Position numbers and translations under genes: made by a program. The notes under the pieces were generated by a model, which saw nothing but the letters and a program-made list of their open reading frames with translations, was not told the DNA's origin and searched no databases. Positions 1 through 12,189 of a DNA stretch of 64,000 bases are shown piece after piece. The stretch's first letter is position 1. Every line of letters begins with the position of its first letter. The stretch is from the NCBI GenBank assembly GCA_026026165.1, contig JAPEUD010000009.1, forward strand, positions 434,001-498,000, given 5' to 3'. Source of the DNA: Sarea resinae (taxonomy: Eukaryota).

Positions 1-146
1 GGGCCCATCCCTTTGACCATTGGTGATAGCCGGGAAACTCTACCGAGGAATTGGGCACTTTACCTTCTTCCAATTTCCGTCACAGCGCATCGAAGGCGGT
101 CTTCGACTCGCTGTTCGGACGATCCGAAGTCGGCCGGCTCCCTGGA

Positions 147-1461
147 ATGGAGGAAAACGGCCGTCAGCGGGAGCAGAATGAAGCGTCTGGCTACGGGGCA
201 GCGAGGCATTCGATGAGCGGGTCGATGGGGCGGTTCAGGGAGCAGCCCGGCATGTCGAGAAGCAGAGATGGAAGCGCTCAGGGCTACGGTTATGGATATG
301 CTGGGGGACCCCAGTATGGCGCACCGCTGGCCGGAAGTTCGATGCAATATCCAGCCGATTACGCATCAGACGGACATCGGCAGCAACAACACTTGTCTCA
401 GTACGGCGGATCAAATATGATATACAACGCTGCAGCGGCAGCTGCAGCAGCGCAGCAGCAGCAGCAAGCACCCCAGCAATCACCTTACGACACTGTGCAA
501 CCGTACCATCCCCGGCATTCTGCAGCAGCGCTGGAGGTGCTCTCGACCCAGTTTGGAGTTCCACAATATTTTGTGCAACCAGGCGAAGCCACTAGCGCGG
601 CAGGACCTGCATTGCCCTCGCAGCAGAGTGCTGCATCTTCTCAATATCCTCCCTTATCTTATCCGCCGCAAAACAACAGCTCTGGGCGGTCGTCGTTTGG
701 GCAATCGTATGCCTCCAGTGGGATGCCCGACCTTTCGCAGAACAGCGCGCCTGAGGCGCTGGAGCAGCAGGATCTTGGTGGCCAGGGGACTTCGAATTAT
801 GACGAGGCCTATAATCAGTATCAGGGCGCGCTGAAACAGACTTTTGAAAACACGCGGTATGGCCGGCTGGACGAAGCAGGACAATCGCTCCTTCAAATCT
901 CGGAATGGCTGCTCGGGCACGCTGAAGATCTGGGTCAGTCATACTCTCTGCTACTACTTCGTCTTCCCGTCCTTGAATTATCCTGTTTCCCATATCAAGC
1001 TCAATGACTAAGAGATGCCAATAGGACTAGTCCGAGACGAAGCAGAGCTCCACAGCGACCGGCTCAGGCTCTGGAACGAATTCAATACGTGCTGGCTTGC
1101 TGTGCTGCAGATGCAAAAGGACATGACCAAGGAGATGCTCAACACCGGCCAGGCGCCCTCGCCGCCGAGAAGTATACTTCCTGTCGAATTTCTGGAGAAG
1201 ATGGGCAGAGAGCTGGTGAAACTGTGCGATCCGATGGAGACGCACGGTTTGGTAGACTACCAGATGGGTGTTTGGGAGGAGGAGATTATTGCTGGTATGT
1301 CATCAAATAATATCACTGGCTGATTTTCGAGGCGTACGTTTTCCTGACTCTCCAATACAGTTCTGCAAGATTGTCTCGACCTCCTCGAAGCAAGTGGGGG
1401 AGGCAGCAGCGGCGGCGCCCGACAAACCGACGCCGCAGCTCCCCGTCATGGTGGACGGTGA
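147..1461 (+). CDS. Hypothetical protein: low-complexity Q/S/P/A/Y-rich N-terminus, helical C-terminal domain
   Basis: ATG at 147 within ORF 51..1007. Introns 934-1024 (GTCAGT..ATAG) and 1295-1360 (GTATGT..ACAG) join in frame (..AEDLGLVRDE..LWNEFNTCWL..HGLVDYQMGVWEEEIIAVLQDCLDLLE..). TGA at 1459-1461. Confidence 0.75.
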
Positions 1462-2274
1462 TCACGCCTCCCTTACGACTGATCCACAATTAGACCGAAA
1501 TTCTCCGGGTTCAATATCAGGCATTTCCTTCTTGGTTCATCTCTGGACAATCCACTGCCATATTTCTTCTCTTCTCTTCAACAAAGTTGCTGTATCATTC
1601 TACATTCCCGAGACGATTTCTTATTTCTTTTTTTTTTTCACATAGAGGGAAGGAATGGGATACAGGGGTCTCTTCGGTGTCTCGGCGTCCGGTGCTTGCT
1701 GCTGGCTTGGTCTAGGGATTGGGGCTTCGCACGGGACTACTGGACGGGATGGGACAGGAGGGGTTTAGATTTTCCATCTATGGGAGGCCTTTTCTTTTTT
1801 TGTGCCTCATTTCTTTTCGTTTCTTCCAAATGGGGATTTGGTGGCGGTGGTGGTGGGAGGGAAGATGAGGAATTTCTGTTCTATTAGAATTCTTACTTGG
1901 ATGAATGGGAGCGGGTGTGCGGGAAGGGGAGTGGGGAGGGGGAAATCGTTCGGGCTTGTCTGTAGGACGACCACGGGGTGGGGTATCGGACGTATCTCTC
2001 TGCCCCCGAGCGCCGACTTCAGATCGGATATGTCCCTTTTTCAGCGGTTGAGCTTGGCATCGAAAATTTCCTCTACGGCTTGGCTTGGGCTTGGCTTGGG
2101 CTGACTCGCTGGTTCTGAGCGGGTCCAGGAAGGGGGTTGTACGAAATATGTGTATGTCTTGTACGCGATCTACGTTTTTGCTTGGGCACGACGGGGATGA
2201 ATGAAGGGCGCAGGGCGGACGGCGGCGAGGGGAAGAGACCAAGCGCAAGCGCACCGGCCCGTCGGTCAGTTCAA

Positions 2275-2400
2275 GTCAGTCAGTCAGTCAGTCAGTCAGT
2301 CAGTCAGTCAGCCAGTCAGTCAGTCAGTCAGTCAGCCAGTCAGTCAGTCAGTCAAGAGGGAACGAAACGAACGAACGACGAACGAACGACGAACGAACGA
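2275..2400. repeat. (GTCA)n microsatellite followed by (GAAC/GAC)n
   Basis: About 20 GTCA units with GCCA variants, then gaacgaacgacgaacgaacgac, read directly. Confidence 0.95.
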
Positions 2401-2709
2401 ATGATCAGACGAGACGGGACGACTGAGCCGTGTCAGCTATGCAGCCGTGTGTTACTATTGTTATGAAAATGATGAGCCAGTCCGCCCGTGCTTTGCTTTA
2501 CTTTTGAGGTTTTTTTCTGCTCTCGTTACTTCTTCCGCCCCATGCATGCATCCATCCACCTGCCTAGGTTATCTAGTAACCACCACCGCCACCGTCATCG
2601 TGGTCGGCGTGGTCGGTATTGCTACCATTGGATCAGAGTCGATATTGTATCTACCCATCTACCCCTTCCCACGGTGACCACTTTCTCTGATCTCTGCACA
2701 TCATAATGG

Positions 2710-2760
2710 ACGACCGACCGACCGACCGACCGACCGACAGACAGACGTCCCAGACAGACG
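2710..2760. repeat. (GACC)n/(GACA)n microsatellite
   Basis: gaccgaccgaccgacc...gacagacagac, read directly. Confidence 0.9.
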
Positions 2761-3874
2761 GTGCGCGAGAGGCAGGGCAACAGGAGGTGATAGATACCGT
2801 GCACTGTGTACTGTGCACCGAGTCTGGATGACGACTCCCTCCTCCCTCCTCCCTCCTCCCTCGGTAGGAATGACAGCAGAGAACCTCCTTGCTAGAATGA
2901 CAGGGGTACGAGAGAGAAGGCAGAAAGCAAAGAAAAGAAAAGAAAAGAAAAGGAATGGAATGGGCAGGCAAGGTAAGGCGTAGGTAAGGAATGGAAGGCA
3001 AGAATGCCAATACGACGGCAACGACAACGACATCGGTAACGGGAACGGCAACGGCAACGGCAACGGTAATGGAACAGGATCGAAGGCTATGAGGAGAGAG
3101 AAAAGAAACAGGGGGGGTTTGGGTGGATGGGTGGAGATGACGAGAGGAGCTGGTGGAATGGAATAGATCGGAATGGAATAGATTGGAATGGATTGGAATG
3201 GGAATGAACATGGAGGCAGTGTGGTACTCCGTCTTCATACTCAATGATGCATGGCAAGGAGACTCCGTCTATCGTGGCAAGGGGGCTTGGATATTGCCCG
3301 CCCTGCTGGAGTCATTCTGCGTTGGGGGTGGGGGGGTATACCCCCTTGCTTCTATTGGTTGGTCTCTAGGGCTGTTGGCCTGTCTGTCTGTCTGTCTGGG
3401 TGGCTGTCTGGGTGGCTGTTTTGGTCAGGTAGATAGATAGATAGATAGATAGGGATACCAGGCGAGAGCGACTGTGGATGCTAGATTGTGCTATGCTATG
3501 CTACCTATTTCATGCTATATCGTCATCCATCCATCCATCCATCCATCTGTCTGTCTGTCTATCCATCATGTTCCCGAGAGCCTGGAAGAAAAACAAGGCC
3601 ATTGGCTGTTGACTAGCTGGCTACCTACTTACCTATTGAGGACCTTCCCTTTTCTGTTTCTGTTTCCCTTTCTGTTTTGGTGTCCTTTTGTGATCGGGGA
3701 TGGGTTATCGTATCGATCACTCAGTCAATCGTTCGTTTGTTCATTTTGCTTGGCTATGGGGCTTCGTGTAGGTAAGTGGGCGTGGGATCGATGGCGTCGA
3801 AGGGGCTTGAATGGGTACAGAGGCTTCCATGGCTTGGATGATTGGTTGCTTGATTGAATGATTGATTGAATGAT

Positions 3875-3875
<1 letters not shown>

Positions 3876-3917
<42 letters not shown>
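3876..3917. repeat. (GAT)14 microsatellite
   Basis: Perfect trinucleotide run. It explains the spurious poly-His and poly-Ile ORFs. Confidence 0.95.
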
Positions 3918-3918
<1 letters not shown>

Positions 3919-4554
3919 GTGGTGGTAGTGGTAGTAATAGGGCGGTGCTTGGTAGTGCGATATGGTGGGGTGGGATCTAGGTTGTGATGGTTCGCTACAG
4001 ACCAAAAGCGGAGAGGAGTGTGAATAGATTGAAAGGAGATGAAAGGCAAGGAAGAGCATGGATAGGACCGATCTCGTGAGGGGCGAGGCTGGGAAGGAGG
4101 GGGTCAATAGATTTATTGGGTGGACTGGACAAAATCGATAAGTCGATAGATTGATGGATGGATGGATGGACGGCTGGCTAACTGGCTGGCTGGCTGCACG
4201 GATAGCGGGGAGATTGGACAAGCCATGCGTGTGTTGCGTGGAACACGCGTGGGGCGGCTGCGGCTTCAGCGGCGGCAACCTGCATGCAGCTGGGACACGG
4301 ACACTGGAGGGAAGAAAGGGAGGGAGGGAGGACGGGGTACAGATGAAAGGTTACGACCGTGATCCCTTTCTCTCTGATGGGTAGTCCGGCTCGTGTGCGT
4401 CATCAGGCCATCTTTTTTTCAGCCTCTCCCTTTCAAGTTGTTTCTCGCGTTCATTCAATATTTCGAGGAGCAACATGGTTGGTGGCTTCGAGGAAGTGTA
4501 CATGGATGGAGAAAAAGCAAAGAGAAAAGTGATTCGTATGTTCGTAAAGGTAAA

Positions 4555-5566
4555 CTAGAATTGATCTGTGCGTAACCAGCGTCAGCATCAGCCGTTGGAG
4601 TCATGATGTAGGAGTCCGGGCCGGGCCAGGCCAGAGCATGAGGGCAAAAATGAAGCTGAAGCCAAAGTAGTCATACCTAAGGTCATGCTCATGGAAACGT
4701 CGGTATTCTCAACCATCTTTGTGAACTCCTCGAAGCTGATCTTGCCGTCGCGGTCTTGATCGGCTTCCATGATTGTTTTGTCGACGATCTGCTCGTGTTC
4801 CATCCAGAGAACATCAGCCACAGCCACAATCACACCACCAGCCTTACTCGTTATGGGGGATAAATCGGAGAGGACAAGACCCACCTGCTGCAATTGCTGA
4901 TCCTTGAGATTGCTCCCCACCATCATCTTCAGCACGATGAACAACTCGCCATTCGAGATAAAGCCATCGCGATCCATGTCATACACCTTGAACGCAAACC
5001 GCAGCTTCTCCTCTTTGTTGCCCTTACTTGAAAACGCGCTGAGCCCGGACACGAACTCTTGAAAATCGACGTCACCGCCACCATCTTCGTCGAATATGGC
5101 AATCATTCTGTGAGACTCATGTATGTAAGCGCACGCTTCGGATAGGCATCTCGGATGTCCTCGAGGAAGAGGCACAGGTTGGTGGGACGTGTACAGACGA
5201 AGGTGGCGGCAACGTACCTGGTCGCGAGGGGATTGGAGTTGACTTGTGGCAGGCTGAGGAACTCGTCGCGCTCGATGGTGCCGGAGTTGTCCTGCGTTGG
5301 GATGGGCGTGGTGAGCTCCGAGCTTGATGGCTGTCTCGTGTGCCTAAGGAGGTGTGCGACTCACCTTGTCCAACTTCATGAAGCGCTTGCGCAGGCGGTC
5401 CACCTCGTCTCGGTCGACTGTAGATAAGGAGTCAGTTCAAGACGGCGACACCGGGCGACTATGATCATCATGATCATCACGTCGCCGCCACCACGGAAAG
5501 AGAGGAGGGCGTACAGTTGGACCCCTGCACAATGTTATCCAGCATCTGCGAATTGGCGTTACCCAT
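4555..5566 (-). CDS. CNB1: Calcineurin regulatory subunit B
   Basis: Starts [13 protein letters not shown] (N-myristoylation-type). EF-hands [36 protein letters not shown]. Multi-exon, with a tiny last exon giving ..MTLDQF*. Confidence 0.95.
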
Positions 5567-6233
5567 CTTGAGGGCTCTTGTCCGCCTCCTCGTGGATCTA
5601 TGGGGTGGTGAGTGCTGGTGGATGGCGTAGAGCGGTCGGTCGGGTGGTGATATCCAACGTTTGGTTGTTGTGGAGGGGGAATTGAGATGGTGCTGGTGAT
5701 GGTGATGGTGATGGTGGTGGTGCTGCTCTGCCGCTCTGCTGCTCTGCGGGTGCGCCCCAGCTTGACGTTTGAGGGGTCTCGAGTATGGAGTACATCTACG
5801 TTCGGTCTGGTGATTGCCCCCTCGGCCGGCAGAACTCGAGATCGCTCACCGCCTTGGACGTGCACAAACTCATGAATATCTCAGATCATCCTCGACATCA
5901 TGCGCATCGTCATGGTCGGGACTGCAAGGAGACTTGTTGAGATCGAACAATCTGATCATTTCTTTTCGGTACTTCTCTTGTAAATTGTAATGTGAAGAAC
6001 AAACCCTGAACCCTTCCCATTTGGGCCAAAAGGGCACTTGGACCCCATCGGCTATATGAATTCACATCAACCCTATGCTGAAACTCCTCCCGTCGCTAGC
6101 TCGTATGAAAACGCCTCCGATGATGACAAGAAAAAAGCAACACATGTCTGGATGCTCACAAAAGCGAGGGTGAGAAGATGGCATCACAGCTTTCTTCCAC
6201 CACTGGAGACACGTCTGGCAGTGCCGCTCATGC

Positions 6234-7811
6234 TCACTCGACCATGACACCCCCGTCGCTGTCGCTGTCGCTGTCGCTGTCGTTGGCGTTGTCGTTGTCG
6301 TTGTCGTTTTCGCTCCTTGCATTACTCGGAGCAGCGCCCTGAGCACCTCCCTGGCCAACTCCCTGAGCAACGAATGGATGTTCGCGCATAAAGGCACTGA
6401 CATCACTCTGCCATCGCAATCCCTCCAGATAGGCCATGACTTCCGACAGCAGATTCGAGTCCATTTGCCCGGGACGGTTGGAGAATTCTGGGATTTCGAG
6501 CAGGTTGTAAGGCTGGGATGCGGCTTTCAGGGTCGTGTCATCGATGAGTACCGTATTCGACTGATTCCAAAGCGTTTCCTTGCCTTTCTTGTCTCCTGTG
6601 GAAGCGGTCTCCGAAGAAGACGCCGACGGATGGTAGGAGCTGATCTCGGCATCGTACCAGACCTTTTCAAGGCGTTTGTACACTTGGACCTTATTCTTGT
6701 ATTCCTTCGCTGTGAGGTCCAGCTTGTCGCGGCCCCAAACCTGCACAAGCTGCGCACGATCCGGGGGAGCGAAGAGCTTCTCGCACATAAGACGGACGTT
6801 CTCAGGTCGGGCGCTGGACCAGATCATCACTTTGAATGTATCAAGAAGGTAGGCGAGGAATTCGGGGACTAGGGGTCGAGCGATGAATTTATGGGGTTGT
6901 TTGCGGTTGGGACGATGCACAAGGGTGCCGTTCAAGTCAAGCACGATGAGCAGAGTCCGAGGATACGTAAGACGGAAAGATGGCTGGGCCGCTTTGCTCA
7001 AGTAAGATTTGGTCGGCTCGGGCTGTGGTAGGGGTTTCTTTCGTCTTTGAGGTGGTGATGGCATCCGCCCGGGGGGGAAAGGCTGTGGTGGGACTCGCAA
7101 AGCCGAGGCCGTGAAGGGAGGAAAGATATTTTGATAAGACCTAAAGACTTCGTTAATATGCCAGTCACAACCTCCGAAAGGTTTGGATTCTGACCCAGGT
7201 TGATATGGCTGAGTCCAAGCAGACGGCTGCTGTGATTGTAATTGCATGGCCGAAGGATCCGCGGCAAGAGAGGCGGGCTGGAACATCATAGCTTGCGGAT
7301 TGGGCTGCCAGACATCTGGTCCCATATCCATCGCCGTATCCTCACTGTCTTGATGTCTCCTCCGCTTAGAAGTAAAGCTCCCGTCCACGCCCTTTTCAGG
7401 TAGTTGCATGCCCTGCATCCCGTTGACCAGAGTCCGGGAACCTATCGAAGGAACGTCGGCCTGAGTCATCGTGACGGATTTGTCCCGGGTCATGTCGAGC
7501 TTGGAACGAGTCCGCGAGCCTATTGCGCTTGGTATCGGCTCCGGGGAGGTGCCAGGCCATTTCCCCAGACCACGCTCTCCACGGGCTTTCCGATCTCGTT
7601 TCCTAGCCATTGCGAAGGAAGGATGCGCACCGCCACGCGTCTCGAGATGCGGACCAGTGGGGACTTTTCGAACCAGGCTTCTTTTGACTGCTTGGTTCGA
7701 AGCTGTCCGTAGAGATGTCGAAGTAGCCAATGGTGCCAGGTGAGGCAGAATGGAACAAGAGTGAGAGGCGCTGGCTACTAGAGAGCACACGCTCGTTCTG
7801 ATAGCGTACAT
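6234..7811 (-). CDS. FCP1/NIF-like HAD phosphatase-domain protein
   Basis: Intronless 525-aa ORF with LIVLDLNGTLV, VMIWSSA and TVLIDD motifs. Alternative start at ATG 7610 (MARKRDRK). C-terminal DN/DS repeat from hexamer repeats at 6254-6308. Confidence 0.85.
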   Translation of the reverse strand: MYAIRTSVCSLVASASHSCSILPHLAPLATSTSLRTASNQAVKRSLVRKVPTGPHLETRGGAHPSFAMARKRDRKARGERGLGKWPGTSPEPIPSAIGSRTRSKLDMTRDKSVTMTQADVPSIGSRTLVNGMQGMQLPEKGVDGSFTSKRRRHQDSEDTAMDMGPDVWQPNPQAMMFQPASLAADPSAMQLQSQQPSAWTQPYQPGSESKPFGGCDWHINEVFRSYQNIFPPFTASALRVPPQPFPPGRMPSPPQRRKKPLPQPEPTKSYLSKAAQPSFRLTYPRTLLIVLDLNGTLVHRPNRKQPHKFIARPLVPEFLAYLLDTFKVMIWSSARPENVRLMCEKLFAPPDRAQLVQVWGRDKLDLTAKEYKNKVQVYKRLEKVWYDAEISSYHPSASSSETASTGDKKGKETLWNQSNTVLIDDTTLKAASQPYNLLEIPEFSNRPGQMDSNLLSEVMAYLEGLRWQSDVSAFMREHPFVAQGVGQGGAQGAAPSNARSENDNDNDNANDSDSDSDSDGGVMVE

Positions 7812-8111
7812 GCGTCGGCGAAGAGTTCTAATACCGCTCTTCGCATGCGGCGCACGGTGAATACTGGTGAATTGCCATGAAGGGAGAGAGAGAGCCAGAG
7901 AGTGAATATCAGGATGACGGTGATGGAGTTGACGGAGAGAGTTGCGAAGCGCTTAACGCCGGAGACCCTGGATCTGCATCCATCTAATCGCAAGCGAATC
8001 TGGATCTGATCGACCTTGCAGACTCACGATAAGAAAATAATTCAACAACCGCCATCCAGACATCCAGACCCTCACTCGACATAGACTTGACTAGCACCCA
8101 ACATAGCCATC

Positions 8112-9259
8112 ATGGCTGTAGGCCGCATCGCACAACAGCGTGTCAGACCTCGACTCGAAGACAGCGAAGACGATCAGTCTCTCTCCGACGCCTCCAACTC
8201 TGCTCCAGAATTTCAACAAAATACCGCCAACGACGGCGACGATAACGACAGTAGCAGCGACAGCGAGGACTCCGAGAACCCCGACGATGATGACGACGAC
8301 ATGGACGACATTGACGAGGAAGAGGAAGCTGATGCAGACCCCTCGCTCTCGACGGACCTCTCCAATATCTCCTTCGGCGCCCTAGCCCGCGCCCAAGACT
8401 CCCTCAACAGCCGCAGCGGCCGAAAGTCCAAAGCCGCCCCACCGGCCGCAGCTTCGGAGAAGCTAGGCGCGCTCCGTCAGCGCCTCCGCGAGATGGATGC
8501 AGATAAACAAGCCGGCAAAGACGCAGTGCAAGCCGCGTCGCATAACAAAGACTACCAGCTCCATCACGCAAGTCGCTCATCCAAGCATGCCCCCGCCGAG
8601 GTTTCCTCCAAGAAGGCCGTATCACGCAGACGGGAAGCCGTACCAGTGGTGCAGCGCAAGGCACGGGATCCGCGATTTGAGCCTGTGGGTGGACAGCTCG
8701 AGGAGGACAAGATCAAGGCCAAGTATTCATTTCTGGACAGCTATCGCGAGGACGAGATGAAGGCTCTACGGGAGGAGATCAAGAAGACAAAGGACGAGGC
8801 GGCAAAGGAGAGGCTGAAGAAGGCGTTGGCTTCAATGGTACGAACTCTGCTCTCTACTTGTCTTCCTTTACTCCGTATCCGGAATGCTCGAAAGATCGAC
8901 GCATTCAAGACGACTGACCTGCTGGGAATGTAGCAATCCAAACGCGAGGCCCAAGCCTCTAAAGATAAAGCTCAAGAGATTGTCCGAGAGCACCGCCAAA
9001 AGGAGAAGGAGCTAATCAAGCAAGGCAAATCGCCTTTCTATCTCAAGAAAAGTATGGCCCACCTTTCCCTCTCCATCTGTATCGTCTCAGAAACTAAAAC
9101 GCACGTCAAACAGCGGAACAAAAGCGCCTAGCTCTAATAGACAAATACGGCTCTCTGAAGCCGAAACAGCTGGACAAGGTCCTAGAGCGGAAGCGGAAGC
9201 GCAAGACAGCCAAGGAGCGGAAGATGATGCCCTTTGCGCGGAGGGGCATGGAGGAATAG
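8112..9259 (+). CDS. RRP36: rRNA biogenesis protein RRP36 (DUF947)
   Basis: Acidic N-terminus, [51 protein letters not shown]. Two introns. TAG at 9257-9259. Confidence 0.9.
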
Positions 9260-10200
9260 GCAGTAGCTTGATGGTCTCATCATATCCGAGAACATGGTAC
9301 TACGAGATGGGTGCTTTATTGTACTGGCATGTGTATAAAGGGTAGCGTGGCGTTTCTCGTTACGATTGGCGTTAGCCGTGGATATATCTCGCGAATAAAC
9401 ACGCTGAGTTGTGGGTTGCAGCTGAAAAATCACTCGTGATATTTTTACCACAGATATGATGCATGATCATTCATAGGGTCAAAGACGTTATATATGGCTC
9501 CATACAATTGAAATCGATTTCAGTCCAGATAAGATAGTGGTATACGCTCATCCTCATCTGAGATATCAGACATTAAGAAGGTCAAAAAGGCTAAAGCCTG
9601 AAGGATATCCCGGGTCAGAGCTGACGCCCGGCCCCGAGCCAAAGAGCAGCATTTGACTCGGACATAGACGTTCCCCATACTTAGGGTAAGATGGGTAGAT
9701 AGCTAAGTGAAAACACCCGGAAAAGCAGGCATGTGAAGTATGGAAAATGATGACTGATGCGAAATGCAACAAAATCAAGAGCAAAACAGCCCGTATGCCC
9801 CTCACTATCTCGAGAAAGTTAAATATAAAATCAAACCGATCCTGGCTTTCATTACCGCGACGCCCACCCTCCCCGACCGTCTTTGCCCAAGCCTGGACCG
9901 TCAAACGTTTCATGTGTTTATACCCAAGCCCAGAATGAAATCTGAGGTGCCCTAGAGAGAAAAATAAAAATAAGAGAAGATGTCATAGTGCGTGAAAGCT
10001 GCAATTGACCTTCTACGTTTAAGATGAGAATCCAGCTTTTTGTGATGGAGGACATTTCGCTAAGAAGGTAAAAAAGGTAATAATAGATCAAGCATAGACA
10101 GATGGGACGGACATTCGAGCGTCAAAATACGGCAATGCTGCCCAGATAATCCGAAAATAAAAAGCACAAGAATCTAGCAAGAATGACCATGGGGAAGACA

Positions 10201-11633
10201 TCAAGAGTGGAATAGATCCCAGGCACGAGCACATAGTGATATAAATTCCTCTTTCTTTTTCTGCTGTGCATCGGGGCTGTCTCGCTCCTCACCAAACGGC
10301 CCCCTTCTCGCCTCAGGTCCGGGTCCCAAGGGAGGCGTTCCCATATCCCGCTCGTATTCGGATCTCGGCCTCCTTCGTGATGTCCCGATGCGATTGGAGT
10401 TTTCCTGGATTTGACCATTTGTTTGTGCACCATATCCGTTCGCTGGAAGGGGAGACGGAGGGGTTGGGGGCTGATGACCGCCATAATGTACGATTTTGGG
10501 CAGGAGATCCTCCCGGCCTCCCGACATTGAAGCGACAGCTTCTTCTGCAGAACGGTACTCTCTAGGGCGGCCGGATGTTGGACCCTGTGATTGGACTGGA
10601 GGAAGTCCAGGAGAAGGGAAGCCTTGGCGGTTGTTCGAGTGAGATGAATTGGACGCCGAGTTTGGGGGATAATAGCCACCTCGACTATTAGACTCCCTAT
10701 TCGACCCAAGACCCTCTGAAGCAAAGACGTCACTGATAGGTGGTAGTCGATTATTAGTTTGTGTCGCTGGAACGTGATGAATGTGAGATGTATTTGACAA
10801 ATTCGATGGCTGATTGGCGACGTGACGAGTCATTGGATGAGGTTGGTGCCTGCCAGTAAAGGTCTGGTTCAGTGGAGCGGACTGTATAACCCTCTCGTTT
10901 GCGAATTGCTCATGAGAAGGCGGTACGATGGATAAGCCCGGAGGAGCTTTCTTTCTGGACGGAGTTTTCGATGGAGCACCAAAAGCATTGTCGGAGGTCT
11001 TCTGCCCCTCAGCCACATCGCCGGGCTTTGCTGTCTTCTGCAACCGAGACTCGATAATGTGTCTTTGCTGGTCTCGCACTGAAATACTTCGTTGCAATTG
11101 CTCCCGCATTGTCGGATCTTGGGTCTGGAACCCTGGCGAAAGGCACGCGAGACCGACATCGTGCATGACAAACCCCGCACTATCTTTGGCGGTAAAAGGC
11201 CCAGCCGATGGACGTCCAGCCGATGCTTGAGTGCTCGTCGAGAGGTCAAGCTTGCGAGGCCTGTGTCGAGCGGTTGGCGGTTCCGGCGAACCTGGCGGCT
11301 CTTTCTTCACGATAATCTTCGGTGGAGGTCCGCTTCTCAAACTAGATGGGGCCTTGTCAGCTCCCGAACAGAGCGTCGTCTCGGATCAAGGATCGGTTGC
11401 ACTTACGACTTTGGAGAGGGCCCATCTTCAGAGGTGGGTTTAGATGCTTGACTGTCGTTTGCCACACCAGATGAGTGGGTAGGAGTTGAGCTCGGCGAGG
11501 GTGGCGGTATAGCTGATGGAGTGAAAGGCGGTGCGGACGAAGTCCCGGCTGCGTACGATTTTGGACTCAGACGGGGCTCACTGGAAGATGGAGCCAGCGA
11601 CACCGTCGTGGGAGCTGCCATAACAGTAGTCAT
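10201..11633 (-). CDS. Hypothetical S/P-rich protein with short conserved-looking blocks
   Basis: Exon 11633-11407 (MTTVMAAP..), intron 11406-11342 (GTAAGT..CTAG), exon 11341-10201. Blocks RPRKLDLS, GLACLSPGF, PPGLSIVPP and C-terminal KKEEFISLCARAWDLFHS. Confidence 0.8.
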
Positions 11634-12152
11634 GGTTCTCGTACGCCCGTTCTGGCGACGGGTAGGATCAATAGTGATCGAAGGATTCGGTAAAACGCTG
11701 GCAAACTTGCGTCTCGACTCGACGACGCACACTTCGGAGAGATGAAAACTTCTAGGGTATCAATGCCGATGATTCCGACCAAAGAGAGACCTCGAGTCAA
11801 CTGAGTGAACGGTTGACAATCCGAGCGACACGGGGAGAAATTATTGGATTGGATAAAGGTCGGATATCTTCCAGGTCGCACAGGGTCAAGGGGATACCAG
11901 CAGGTCGAGCGACAGGCACGAGGAGCAGTCCCCAGAAGGAAAACGAAAGGCGAAAACGAATGCAAATGAGAAATATCGTCGGCGTCAATGGAATCGAAAA
12001 GAGGGGTGGTGGTTCGAGAGGAGAGGGGAGGAGGATAGAGGGAGGGCGGAAAGAAAGGGCATGAACGAGGATTTGGACGCTGCGGCGGCGGTTTGTGAAT
12101 TTGGGTTGGGAATTATTGATGGATTCAAACGATGATCGACCATTGGGTGGAA

Positions 12153-12153
<1 letters not shown>

Positions 12154-12188
<35 letters not shown>
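12154..12188. repeat. Poly-G tract (35 nt)
   Basis: Uninterrupted G run, read directly. Confidence 0.95.

Positions 12189-12189
<1 letters not shown>

Noticed and set aside
1696..4400. Numerous ORFs with poly-His, poly-Ile, SQSV or SVGR repeats
   Set aside because: They are translations of microsatellites, with no domain signatures or consistent splice structure.
4789..4884. Stop-free 3n introns (CNB1 96 nt; also methyltransferase 26948-27004, P5-ATPase 30019-30069, myosin 40557-40601, FAP7 46253-46309)
   Set aside because: They appear as insertions in the ORF track but have normal splice signals. A handful among dozens of short introns is expected by chance.
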